Part shown: piece by piece, positions 7,366 through 16,561 of the stretch
Numbering within the stretch: position 1 is the first letter of the stretch
Layout: each line of letters opens with the position of its first letter
Virus record (IMG/VR): IMGVR_UViG_3300032116_000122
Coordinates: 1 to 64,000 of that record
Reading direction: 5' to 3' (one strand)
Length of the DNA stretch: 64,000 nt
From: a virus
Program-made: the position numbers and the translations under genes
Notes under the pieces: generated by a model
Databases searched by the model: none
What the model was told of the DNA's origin: nothing
What the model saw: the letters and a program-made list of their open reading frames with translations, nothing else

Positions 7366-8567
7366 TTAAAAAGCTATTTGGAAGAATCATAAGTATCTCA
7401 AAATGGTCTTTAATAGTTTTATCAATATTTCCAGTCAGCTCTGCTAAAGCAGAACTAGCCACTTACACCGTAACTGGGGCTAATGATCTGTGGTTTACGT
7501 ACACCGAACCTTCTGATTTTAAGGTACGTACTTACGCATGGGAGTACGGGATTGACTCCATGTTGTGGCTATACGACGCAAATGGTGTCTTACTCGCCCA
7601 GAACGACGATTTCTTTGGGCTGGATTCGTGGCTTGAAGTCGCCGTCCAACCGGGCTCATACAGGCTTCGCACAGGTGTGTGCTGTGGAAACCCCGACGCA
7701 TGGTATGGTACTAGCTATACTGTAGAACTAAACACTACCCCTACTAACATCCCAGAAACAACAACGACATGGCCGGAAACTACAACATCCACGACTTCAA
7801 CGACGACCAGTACTACCACTGCCCCAACAACGACTGTACCTGTCACGGAACCCCCAACTACCACGAGTACCTCGACAACTACGGAAGCACCGACTACTAC
7901 GACGACGGAACCTACAACTACGACTGTTACTGTGGCCCCGACTGTTACATCTGTTACCCCGGTACTACCCAGTGTTCCTGTGGAGCCCACTACGACAGCG
8001 CCCTCATTGCCGACTGTCCCTACTGTGACCCCCCCAACGCTTCCCCCTTCTACTACCACTACAACAACGGTCGCCTCAACGTCTACGAGCACCTCCATAC
8101 CGGAGTCAACCAGTTCGTCTACCAGCACGACCACACCGACAATTGTGCCTGTGGAGACTGGCCCTCTGGATTCTGAGGAAGAGATACTAAATCTCTCAGA
8201 CGAAGAACTCACTGATCTAGTAGAATCTATAGAAGTAAGTGAACTAACTGAGGAATCAATTGCCGCTGTATTCAGCGAAGAAGTACTTAATGAACTATCT
8301 GAAGAGCAGATAGTAGAACTAATTGACGCAATTGTCCCAGAAGAACTGTCTGACGAACAAGCATTAGTGCTTTCTGAAGCGTTGACTAACGCCCCAGACG
8401 ACGTAAAAGAAGAGTTTGAAGCTGAAGTGGACGTGTTTGGTGGCCAATTTGACACTTATGTACCAACAGGGTCTGCTGTGTCTGTAGGAGCACGAAGAGT
8501 GATAGTGGCTGCAGCTGCAGCCAGTTTTGCAATGCCAACCCCTACTAGCTCAAGGAAAGTTAGATGA
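7362..8567 (+). CDS. Secreted/surface protein: PPC-like domain, Thr/Pro/Ser mucin-like stalk, acidic repeats
   Basis: Signal peptide, IDSMLWLYDANGVLLAQNDD...LDS...PGSY, long T/P/S tract, (L)S/TEE repeats, hydrophobic plus basic tail. Confidence 0.8.
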   Translation: MIKKLFGRIISISKWSLIVLSIFPVSSAKAELATYTVTGANDLWFTYTEPSDFKVRTYAWEYGIDSMLWLYDANGVLLAQNDDFFGLDSWLEVAVQPGSYRLRTGVCCGNPDAWYGTSYTVELNTTPTNIPETTTTWPETTTSTTSTTTSTTTAPTTTVPVTEPPTTTSTSTTTEAPTTTTTEPTTTTVTVAPTVTSVTPVLPSVPVEPTTTAPSLPTVPTVTPPTLPPSTTTTTTVASTSTSTSIPESTSSSTSTTTPTIVPVETGPLDSEEEILNLSDEELTDLVESIEVSELTEESIAAVFSEEVLNELSEEQIVELIDAIVPEELSDEQALVLSEALTNAPDDVKEEFEAEVDVFGGQFDTYVPTGSAVSVGARRVIVAAAAASFAMPTPTSSRKVR

Positions 8568-8743
8568 TTAAGAAATTCTTTAAAGAAACGTCTTCGCTGT
8601 CATGGACATTGGGTGGAACAGCCCTAGTGTTAATTACATTAAGTGGTCCCACAAAAGCAATAGGTTTATGGATATCCGGTGTATCATTAATTATCCACTT
8701 TCTCGGTGTCTTTTTTACAAAAGAAACGGAGTCTGAGGAATGA
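8564..8743 (+). CDS. Small two-TM membrane protein (59 aa, not in ORF track)
   Basis: MIKKFFKETSSLSWTLGGTALVLITLSG...; ATGA overlaps at both ends. Confidence 0.75.
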   Translation: MIKKFFKETSSLSWTLGGTALVLITLSGPTKAIGLWISGVSLIIHFLGVFFTKETESEE

Positions 8744-8859
8744 AAAAAGCTGTACTATTATTAGCAACATTACTGGCTCTATCAGCCTGTTCGGACAGAT
8801 ATAGGAACCCTGCAGATGACCCAAGAAACCAATCAACGACAACTGTACCAGCCCCGTAA
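8740..8859 (+). CDS. Tiny lipoprotein (39 aa, not in ORF track)
   Basis: MKKAVLLLATLLALSA-CSDRYRNPADDPRN; LSAC lipobox. Confidence 0.75.
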   Translation: MKKAVLLLATLLALSACSDRYRNPADDPRNQSTTTVPAP

Positions 8860-9112
8860 GCGCTTATCGCCAGAAGATTTAGAGGCCAGAACCAGAGCAG
8901 TGGTGATTATGACCCTTGCTGGAGTTCTCCTTTTTAGCGTATGCGCTTTACTATATTCATTAATCTTTGTGTATCAACCTGCGGAGCAGAGTCCAAATGA
9001 TGCGGCATTTCTTAAAATACTTGAGCCTCTCATGTTTAGCATTGGCGGCGCCCTTACTGGCTTGGCTGCTGGGCGTGCTATGTCTTCTGGTAAAAAAGAG
9101 GATAGCGAGTAA
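8816..9112 (+). CDS. Two-TM membrane protein
   Basis: Two hydrophobic helices flanking QPAEQSPNDAAF. Confidence 0.8.
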   Translation: MTQETNQRQLYQPRKRLSPEDLEARTRAVVIMTLAGVLLFSVCALLYSLIFVYQPAEQSPNDAAFLKILEPLMFSIGGALTGLAAGRAMSSGKKEDSE

Positions 9113-9354
9113 TGGAGCCGGTGTACATACCAATTGTGGTCGCTTTGATAGGTGGACCCGTAATGTGGTTTCTACATCGCTTTGATAAGCGAAACACCGA
9201 ACAACACGGCCAAAACATGAAGGTCTTAGAGAGAATAGAGCATAAGCAAGACCGCATGGACGGTAAGGTAGACCGCCTTGATGAGAAGGTAGATCGACTA
9301 GATGGGCGGGTAACTAATCTAGAGGCAGCAAAAACACGAAAGAAAAGTGTATAA
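9112..9354 (+). CDS. Single-TM coiled-coil protein
   Basis: N-terminal TM, heptad repeats KVDRLD. Confidence 0.8.
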   Translation: MEPVYIPIVVALIGGPVMWFLHRFDKRNTEQHGQNMKVLERIEHKQDRMDGKVDRLDEKVDRLDGRVTNLEAAKTRKKSV

Positions 9355-9374
9355 TTATTAACACGGAGTCCGAT

Positions 9375-9406
9375 TGGGGTGGGCTATCTGAGGATGGCCC
9401 ACCCCA
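9375..9406 (+). terminator. GC-rich hairpin, probable terminator
   Basis: 14-bp stem tggggtgggctatc/gatggcccacccca. Confidence 0.65.
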
Positions 9407-9429
9407 CATTCTTAGGCTAGAATGGAACC

Positions 9430-10167
9430 ATGACTAATACAGTTAATTATTCCATATCTAAAGGGTTGCCGTGGGAGCGCTTGATCATAGTACGTGATCA
9501 ACGTACTCATAGAGTCATTTTCCCCACATCTGCACGCGGCAGCATCAAAACCAGCACTACTGGCCGCAAAGAATTTAATATTACTCTTACGGCAGAAGGG
9601 GGAATACTCCTTGGATTAACCGAGGAAGAGACCACAGACCTACCTACTGGTAACTTGGAATATGATGTATTGGCAACTTATCCAAGAAAGGCTCCATACT
9701 CAGGAGCTAGCGAAGAGGTAACCAGACCCGTTGCTCGGGGTACAATTACTGTTACAGGATTGGAGAACATTACTCCATTGGAGGATACACAGGCTATGGA
9801 AATCAGGTTTAAACAGCGTGTGGACTTCCGTAGAAACTTTACCTGGAGAGACAGCACAGGTGCAATCATCGCAGTACAAGATGCCTTTATGCAGGCAAAA
9901 GACTCTTCTGGGGCTACTGTACTTGACCTTAGATGGTACTCATCAACCCCATCCGAAGCAACAGTTATTGGGTTAGCTGGTAACAGACGTGGGTATATTG
10001 CACCAATAGCTGGTGCCACACTTGAACTACACGTTTCGGATAAAAATACAGTACCTGCAGGTCGTCATAACTTTGACATGTTTGTCAAAGACTCTGCTGG
10101 AGACTGGGACTGTTTGGCATCCGGTGTAGTAGTAGTAGAAGAAGCAATATCGGTACCCCCAACATGA
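9430..10167 (+). CDS. Virion protein with two related beta domains (BppU-like fibre adaptor)
   Basis: LPTGNLEYDVL...ARGTITV echoed by VPAGRHNFDMF...ASGVVVV. Confidence 0.6.
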   Translation: MTNTVNYSISKGLPWERLIIVRDQRTHRVIFPTSARGSIKTSTTGRKEFNITLTAEGGILLGLTEEETTDLPTGNLEYDVLATYPRKAPYSGASEEVTRPVARGTITVTGLENITPLEDTQAMEIRFKQRVDFRRNFTWRDSTGAIIAVQDAFMQAKDSSGATVLDLRWYSSTPSEATVIGLAGNRRGYIAPIAGATLELHVSDKNTVPAGRHNFDMFVKDSAGDWDCLASGVVVVEEAISVPPT

Positions 10168-10586
10168 GCACTGTAGAAGTATCTAAACCTTCAAATAGCT
10201 ACGTAACAGTTACTAAGACTAAAACTGTCTCTACAGTTGAAAAGCCAATTGAGCAAATTTTAGAAATACACGATCCGGGAGTAGCAGGACCACCAAACGC
10301 TTTAACAGTGGGAACTGTTTCTTCTGGCCCAGCGGCTGTAACTATAACTGGAACAGCCCCCAACCAAGTTCTTAACTTTGTTTTGCCAGTAGGCTCCTCA
10401 TACATACATAATCAAATAGTATCTTCTACAACATGGACTATAAACCACAATCTTGGGTTTTTCCCCGCTGTTTCAGTTGTAGACAGCGGCGGTAACTACG
10501 TCATAGGTGATGTAACATATGTATCACAAAACGTTGTAACCGTGTCATTCAGCTCTTCCTTTGGTGGAAAAGCCTACCTATCGTGA
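10164..10586 (+). CDS. Fibre-associated structural protein
   Basis: GTAPNQVLNFVLP, WTINHNLGFFPAVSVVD motifs. Confidence 0.7.
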   Translation: MSTVEVSKPSNSYVTVTKTKTVSTVEKPIEQILEIHDPGVAGPPNALTVGTVSSGPAAVTITGTAPNQVLNFVLPVGSSYIHNQIVSSTTWTINHNLGFFPAVSVVDSGGNYVIGDVTYVSQNVVTVSFSSSFGGKAYLS

Positions 10587-10592
10587 GGTTCC

Positions 10593-11849
10593 ATGTCTAA
10601 GTTTCTTACAAACATTGATCTAACTGGTAATGAGCTACAGAACGTTGTAATTCATAATGCCGGTACCGCTCCATCAGCCAGCGCAAAGCTGGGTGGTCTG
10701 TACTTTGACACCTCTAGCGGAGTTAACAAGCTTAAGTACTACAACGGAAGCGCCTGGGTAGAACTATCAGTTGGTCCCTCTGGTACTTGGCAACCAGTAG
10801 ACGCTGACCTTACGGCAATTGCCGCGCTTACAGGTACTTCTGGTTTTCTTAAAAAGACCGCTGCAGACACCTGGGCCCTAGACACCAACACATACTTAAC
10901 TTCCAGTACTGGTGTTGTCAGCGTAAACGGAAACAGTGGTGTAATTACTGACATAGCCGTAACCACTACTGGGTTAAGCCAGTTTGGTACAGGCACCACC
11001 ACTTCAGCGCAACTTGCCACGGTGCTGTCAGATGAGACTGGGTACTCAACTGGTGCTAAGGCAGTTTTCAGCATTTCCCCAGCTATTAGCACCAGTATTA
11101 CAACTGCGTCTACTTCGTTTGACCTTGTTAACACCACTGCTACCACCGTTAACTTCGCCGGTGCAGCCACTGCTGTAAACATTGGTGCTGCAAACAGCAC
11201 TACCACAATTGCCGGTGACCTAGTTGTAAACGGTACAACCACCACCATTAACAGCACCACCGTTACCGTAGACGATCTAAACATCGTTTTGGGGTCTGTA
11301 ACCACCCCAACTAACAGCACTGCAAACGGTGGAGGTATCACTGTTGCAGGTGGTGTAGATGGTGATAAGACATGGAACTGGGTATCGTCGACCAGCTCGT
11401 GGACATCCTCTGAGAACATCGACCTGGCTTCGGGCAAGGTTCTTAAGATTGCTGGTACCCAAGTGCTATCGGCAACGGAGTACACAGGTAACTCCTCGAC
11501 TGCTACTACCGCCACCAACGTCACTGGCGGTGCCGCTGGCTCATTGGTATACCAGAGTGGTGCGTCTACAACCACTACGTTAGGGCTTGGTACCTCAGGG
11601 TATGTTCTTACTGCAGGTGCAAGCGCCCCAGCGTGGACAAAGAAGAAGCACGCTGAGACTCTGGCTACCAGTGCTACTTCGTACGCCCTTACACACGGAC
11701 TTGGCACCGCTGACATTTCAGTAGCAGTGTACGACGTTTATACAGGTGAAGTTGTGTACGCCGACATCGTTAACACCAACACGACTACAACTGTTTATTT
11801 TGCTACAGCTCCTGATGCTAACAAGTATCGAGTTGTTATACTTGCATAA
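10593..11849 (+). CDS. Tail fibre-like protein
   Basis: T/S/G-rich; DADLTAIAAL, GDLVVNGTTTTINSTTVTVDD, THGLGT. Confidence 0.75.
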   Translation: MSKFLTNIDLTGNELQNVVIHNAGTAPSASAKLGGLYFDTSSGVNKLKYYNGSAWVELSVGPSGTWQPVDADLTAIAALTGTSGFLKKTAADTWALDTNTYLTSSTGVVSVNGNSGVITDIAVTTTGLSQFGTGTTTSAQLATVLSDETGYSTGAKAVFSISPAISTSITTASTSFDLVNTTATTVNFAGAATAVNIGAANSTTTIAGDLVVNGTTTTINSTTVTVDDLNIVLGSVTTPTNSTANGGGITVAGGVDGDKTWNWVSSTSSWTSSENIDLASGKVLKIAGTQVLSATEYTGNSSTATTATNVTGGAAGSLVYQSGASTTTTLGLGTSGYVLTAGASAPAWTKKKHAETLATSATSYALTHGLGTADISVAVYDVYTGEVVYADIVNTNTTTTVYFATAPDANKYRVVILA

Positions 11850-11871
11850 TAAGTCGTTTTAAAGGAGCCCT

Positions 11872-13056
11872 ATGGCTAACTTTTTAAAGTCCCTCTTTGT
11901 TAAGGGGGTTGAAATTGATACGGCAGGAGCCATTACTGGTGATGTCCTTAAATATGATGGTACAAAATTTGGTGCGGCCTCTGCGGGTGGTGGTTCCAGT
12001 GTTGGCGCATTGGACGATCTTTCCGACGTTGTAGTTACGGCTCCCGAGGAGTTTCAAGGGCTTTCATACAACGGCACATCGTGGGTAAATAGCCATATCC
12101 CTCTAGTTTCTTATGTGCGTAACGTTGAATCGACCACGATTACAACTGGTACTTGTGTCTACCTGTTTGGTGCTACTGGAGATCACGCAACTGTAAAGCG
12201 GGCAGACAATAACAGTGACACAACCTCATCTAAGACCATTGGTGTTGCTGGGGCAAACATTACTGCTAGTAACAATGGACCCATTGTTACCCGTGGATAT
12301 GTAGATGGTATTGACCTATCAACGGGGTATACCGCTGGAGATACCTTGTGGTTGGGAGAAAATGGTGCATTTACCACTACTAAGCCATCCGCCCCAGACC
12401 ACCTAGTATTCATAGGTGTAGTCGTTCGTGCAACTATTAACGGGATTATCTATGTTGCTACTCAAAACGGCTATGAACTCGATGAGTTGCACAACGTCAG
12501 CTTGCCATCGCCCAACTCTGGAGAGTTCCTTAAGTACAACGGATCATTGTGGGTGGCTGATACTGTTGATCTTGGTACTGATACCACAGGAAATTATGTT
12601 GCGGGAGTTACTGCTGGCACTGGTGTCACTGTTACTGGTTCAGGTTTTGAAGGAGCGACACCAACTGTTGCTATCGGCCAATCGGTTGCTACTTCTGCTA
12701 CACCACAATTTGCTGGGTTAACGTCTACGGGCACTACTGCAACCTCGGTGTTGACTGTTGACGGCATCGAGATTGACACGACCGGAGCGTCAGCCAATCA
12801 GGTACTTCAATACAACGGCACCAAGTTTGTGCCAGCCACAGTCAGCGGTGGCATCCCAGACACCATTTTCGATGCCAAAGGCGACTTGATCGCTGCCAGC
12901 GCACCTGACACTGCAGCCCGGCTGCCGGTCGGAACAAACGGCCAGTTCTTGGTTGCTAATTCGGTAACATCAACTGGCCTTGAATGGCAAACCATCTCGG
13001 TGATGCCAAACTTTGAAGACGACCAGAACATTCTTGCCAACCAGGTTTTTAGTTAG
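11872..13056 (+). CDS. Tail fibre-like protein
   Basis: LDDLSDV, NGYELDELHNV, DAKGDLIAASA...RLPVGTNGQ; N- and C-terminal EIDTxGA repeat. Confidence 0.75.
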   Translation: MANFLKSLFVKGVEIDTAGAITGDVLKYDGTKFGAASAGGGSSVGALDDLSDVVVTAPEEFQGLSYNGTSWVNSHIPLVSYVRNVESTTITTGTCVYLFGATGDHATVKRADNNSDTTSSKTIGVAGANITASNNGPIVTRGYVDGIDLSTGYTAGDTLWLGENGAFTTTKPSAPDHLVFIGVVVRATINGIIYVATQNGYELDELHNVSLPSPNSGEFLKYNGSLWVADTVDLGTDTTGNYVAGVTAGTGVTVTGSGFEGATPTVAIGQSVATSATPQFAGLTSTGTTATSVLTVDGIEIDTTGASANQVLQYNGTKFVPATVSGGIPDTIFDAKGDLIAASAPDTAARLPVGTNGQFLVANSVTSTGLEWQTISVMPNFEDDQNILANQVFS

Positions 13057-13064
13057 GAGCACCA

Positions 13065-13424
13065 GTGGCTACGTTCAGCAAAAAAATACTCAGCGGATCA
13101 ACCGATGGACGACCCATCTTGGTCGCCACCAACAGCTCGCCTGGCACCACCATTCACACTGGATCGAGCACCGCCACCACATTTCAGGAAATCTGGCTGT
13201 ATGCCAGCAACCCTGGAGGCGTTCAACGCACCGTGACCATTCAATGGGGTGGGACAACCAGCCCGAATGATTACATCACGTTCGCTTTGCCAGCGCAGAG
13301 CGGTCTTGTTGTTGTTGTCCCTGGCCTCATCTTGAAAGGAAACGCAACGCCACTCGTTGTCCGGGCGTTTGCTGATACTGCAAGCCAGGTAAACATCAGC
13401 GGATACGTCAACGAGATTGCCTAA
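13065..13424 (+). CDS. Fibre-associated beta-sandwich protein
   Basis: GTG start with AGGAG RBS; 119 aa; TAATG-coupled to next gene. Confidence 0.7.
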   Translation: MATFSKKILSGSTDGRPILVATNSSPGTTIHTGSSTATTFQEIWLYASNPGGVQRTVTIQWGGTTSPNDYITFALPAQSGLVVVVPGLILKGNATPLVVRAFADTASQVNISGYVNEIA

Positions 13425-15151
13425 TGTCAAGGTTTGCCCAACGCACTCAACGCACTGGTGTGGTCGATGACTTTCTGCCCAACGTCAGCCGACCCGAAAA
13501 ATACCTTCGCAACTCCGAGGGCATGCCTTGGGTTAGGCCATCAGATTGGCTAAATACCACTCCGGTTGCAGCGACAGAAATCTGTTTTCTGTACGCCGTT
13601 TATCAACCTGACTCAAACTTTCTTCAGTTCAGCGTTACGACATCATCCGGCAATTTTACGGTTGATTGGGGCAATGGCACAAGCAACTCGTATGCCTCAG
13701 GCACGTCGGTCGCCAAACAGTTCTTGTGGGCTAGTTATGGGAACTTGTCAGCAAGGGGTTATCGCCAAGCTCGAGTCCGAATTACTGGCAACATTACAGG
13801 GGTCAATTTCAACCTAAGGCATGCAAGTGTTATTACCCCCTCCGCTTCGTCGCAAATTGTTGAAATAAGCGCCCAGGGTTCATCTATCACATCTTTCACA
13901 ATGTCTGCATCGAGTGTGAACATTACTCACCTGAGCTTAGAAAACTTTGCTTTTATCGGCACCTGTTCGATAACCAGCATGGCCCGCATGTTCAGCAATT
14001 GTAATGCCTTGCAGTCAGTGTCTTTGCCGAACACGGCAGCCGTCACCAACATGAGCGTTATGTTCAACGCTTGTTACAGCTTGCAGTCAGTGTCTTTGCC
14101 GAACACGTCGAGCGTCACCAACATGAACAGCATGTTCAACAATTGTTCCAGCTTGCAGTCAGTGTCGCTGACAAACACGTCAGCCGTCACCGACATGGGC
14201 GGCATGTTCAACGCTTGTTACAGCTTGCAGTCAGTGTCGCTGACAAACACGTCAGCCGCCACCAACATGAACAGCATGTTTAGCGGTTGTTACAACTTGC
14301 AGTCAGTGTCGCTGCCAAACACGGCAGCCGTTACCGACATGATCCAGATGTTTAGCGGTTGTTACAGCTTGCAGTCGGTGTCTTTGCCGAACACGGCAGC
14401 CGTTACCGACATGAGCTTCATGTTCGACACTTGTGCCAGCTTGCAGTCGGTGTCGCTGCCAAACACGTCAGCCGCTACCAACATGAGCTTCATGTTTAGC
14501 GGTTGTTACAGCTTGCAGTCGGTGTCTTTGCCGAACACGGCAGCCGTTACCGACATGACCCAGATGTTTGGCAGTTGTTACAGCTTGCAGTCGGTGTCGC
14601 TAACGAACACGTCAGCCGTCACCAACATGAACAGCATGTTTAGCGGTTGTTCCAGCTTGCAGTCAGTGTCGCTGACAAACACGGCGGCCGTCACCGACAT
14701 GGGCGGCATGTTTAGCAGTTGTTCCAGCTTGCAGTCGGTGTCTTTGCCGAACACGGCGGCCGTCACCGACATGGGCGGCATGTTTAGCAGTTGTTACAAC
14801 TTGCAGTCGGTGTCGCTGGCGAACACGGCAGCCGTCTACAACATGGCTCAGATGTTCAACAATTGTTACGGCTTGCAGTCAGTGACAGGGCTAAGCGGCG
14901 CAAGCGCTTACGGCAGCGGCACCTACACCAGCATGTTCAACAATTGTCCCAGCCTGCAATCTATTTCAGCAACCAACATGAAATTCACTCACAGCATCCA
15001 ATACTGCAAACTAAGCGCAACTTACCTCAACGCTTACTACACAGCCCTCCCGACCGTCAGCGCCCAAACCTTGTCTGTCACCGGCAACTGGGGAACCGCC
15101 ACCGACAACCCCGCAATTGCAACTGCTAAAGGATGGACGGTCACAGGATGA
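13424..15151 (+). CDS. DUF285/BspA-like LRR repeat protein, putative adhesin or receptor-binding protein
   Basis: WVRPSDWL, VDWGNG, 12 x 24-aa LQSVSLxNTxxVTxMxxMFxxCx, C-terminal IATAKGWTVTG. Confidence 0.85.
   Translation: MSRFAQRTQRTGVVDDFLPNVSRPEKYLRNSEGMPWVRPSDWLNTTPVAATEICFLYAVYQPDSNFLQFSVTTSSGNFTVDWGNGTSNSYASGTSVAKQFLWASYGNLSARGYRQARVRITGNITGVNFNLRHASVITPSASSQIVEISAQGSSITSFTMSASSVNITHLSLENFAFIGTCSITSMARMFSNCNALQSVSLPNTAAVTNMSVMFNACYSLQSVSLPNTSSVTNMNSMFNNCSSLQSVSLTNTSAVTDMGGMFNACYSLQSVSLTNTSAATNMNSMFSGCYNLQSVSLPNTAAVTDMIQMFSGCYSLQSVSLPNTAAVTDMSFMFDTCASLQSVSLPNTSAATNMSFMFSGCYSLQSVSLPNTAAVTDMTQMFGSCYSLQSVSLTNTSAVTNMNSMFSGCSSLQSVSLTNTAAVTDMGGMFSSCSSLQSVSLPNTAAVTDMGGMFSSCYNLQSVSLANTAAVYNMAQMFNNCYGLQSVTGLSGASAYGSGTYTSMFNNCPSLQSISATNMKFTHSIQYCKLSATYLNAYYTALPTVSAQTLSVTGNWGTATDNPAIATAKGWTVTG
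13979..14884 (+). repeat. 72-bp coding tandem repeat, 12 full units
   Basis: ttgcagtc(a/g)gtg recurs at 14009, 14081 ... 14873. Confidence 0.95.
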
Positions 15152-15381
15152 ACCCCGGCTTCTACAAAAACGACGACGGCATTCTGCTATACGGCCCCAA
15201 CTTTGTGCTCAACAAGGATTACGAACTGCGCAAAGAAACAAAAGATGAACATACCTATCCTGTTGATGGTTGGTATTGGTTTGATACAGAAGAAGAAGCA
15301 CGGGCATACTTTGAGTTACCAATAGAAGTTGGGATACCCCATTTGCATGGGATGAGAATACCCTTTCATGGGTTAATATAA
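15148..15381 (+). CDS. Small fibre-associated protein
   Basis: GFYK...YPVDGWYWFDTEEEA; ATGA overlap. Confidence 0.75.
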   Translation: MNPGFYKNDDGILLYGPNFVLNKDYELRKETKDEHTYPVDGWYWFDTEEEARAYFELPIEVGIPHLHGMRIPFHGLI

Positions 15382-15412
15382 TTCCGCCAGACCTATCAAC
15401 AGGAGAAGAATA

Positions 15413-15568
15413 ATGTCCAATGTACAACTAGACGTCAACAAGATTGTTGAATCGCTCGTAAATCAGATTTCACAGCAGGCCCAGCGTATAGCAGTCCTAG
15501 AGGCTACAATTGATGCTATCCAAAAGGCCAAGCAGGAGGTCACTGATGTATCTGACAAAACAAAATAA
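15413..15568 (+). CDS. Small coiled-coil protein (51 aa, not in ORF track)
   Basis: AGGAG RBS; MSNVQLDVNKIVESLVNQI... Confidence 0.7.
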   Translation: MSNVQLDVNKIVESLVNQISQQAQRIAVLEATIDAIQKAKQEVTDVSDKTK

Positions 15569-15737
15569 AGCCCTAATTGCATCGTACGCACGTAGCGTAC
15601 TTGGCGCTGCCGTAGCTACCTACACCGCTACCCAAGACTGGAAGCTCACCCTTAATGCCCTCTGGGCCGCTGCCCTTCCTGTTGCTATGCGCTTCCTTAA
15701 CCCCAAGGACATTGCGTTCGGTAAGGGGTCTGAGTGA
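15546..15737 (+). CDS. Holin
   Basis: AGGAGG RBS; SYARSVLGAAVA...PVAMRFLNPKDIAFG; adjacent to endolysin. Confidence 0.75.
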   Translation: MYLTKQNKALIASYARSVLGAAVATYTATQDWKLTLNALWAAALPVAMRFLNPKDIAFGKGSE

Positions 15738-16549
15738 ATTACCCATACATCAAACTAGTACTTCCCTCAGCCCTAGCAAATCATAAGAACGGTCAGCTTC
15801 CGCAGGAGCTTCTTGCCAAGGTAAAAACCGGTGGTTTGATGTACGCACCTGCCGCTGAGCAGTTCAACAAGATGTACGATGCCGCCCTTGCCGCCGGTCA
15901 CAAGCTTAGGAATGTTGGCGACTACCGTTCTTTCCAGGGCCAGTTGAACATGTTCATGGACCGGTACACCACCACTGACCAGGGACGCAACCCTCAAGTT
16001 ACTCGTCAGTACGAGGGTAAAACCTGGTATCTCAAGCCTGGTAAGGCTCCCAGTGCTGCCCCAGATCCAACCGGCAAGAAGGGCTCTAACCACGGTTGGG
16101 GTCTTGCTATTGACCTCGGTTACGAAGCTGGTGGCAAGGTTCAGTCGATGGGTGGAGCTTGCTTTGAGTGGATGTGCGCCAACGCCCCTAAGTGGGGTTT
16201 CTACCTTCAGACCGGCGACAAGAACTCAAAGGAATTTGAGTCCTGGCACTGGCAGTACTGTCTTGGCGATAAGGCCCCAGATGGTTCTGTAGCGGCCCCT
16301 GTAGAGGCAATCAAGCCCTCAGGCGGGTCTCCAGAAGCTGGCCCCATGAAGTTTGACTACCCTGGTACCCCGGTTCAGCGTGGGTCTAAAGGGCCAGCTG
16401 CTGCTCTTGTACAAGCCATCATCGGAGCTACCGCTGACGGTGACTTTGGCCCCCGTTCAGAGCAAGCCCTAAAAGCTTGGCAAACAGCTAATGGTCTAAA
16501 AGCAGACGGCATCGTTGGTCCTGTAACATGGAAGAAGATGTTCGGCTGA
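15734..16549 (+). CDS. Endolysin: M15 (VanY-like) peptidase plus peptidoglycan-binding domain
   Basis: YRS..Q, SNHGWGLAID, ESWHW; DGDFGP, WQTANGLKADGIVGPVTW. Confidence 0.9.
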   Translation: MNYPYIKLVLPSALANHKNGQLPQELLAKVKTGGLMYAPAAEQFNKMYDAALAAGHKLRNVGDYRSFQGQLNMFMDRYTTTDQGRNPQVTRQYEGKTWYLKPGKAPSAAPDPTGKKGSNHGWGLAIDLGYEAGGKVQSMGGACFEWMCANAPKWGFYLQTGDKNSKEFESWHWQYCLGDKAPDGSVAAPVEAIKPSGGSPEAGPMKFDYPGTPVQRGSKGPAAALVQAIIGATADGDFGPRSEQALKAWQTANGLKADGIVGPVTWKKMFG

Positions 16550-16561
16550 TAGGAGCCTCAA

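Noticed and set aside
7715-12797. Long antisense Val-rich ORFs (for example 7715-8455 and 10739-11716)
   Set aside because: Mirror images of Thr-rich sense genes
13979-14884. CRISPR array or DGR variable region
   Set aside because: Repeats are in-frame coding units without unique spacers; no reverse transcriptase or template repeat in the window; variation is not adenine-specific
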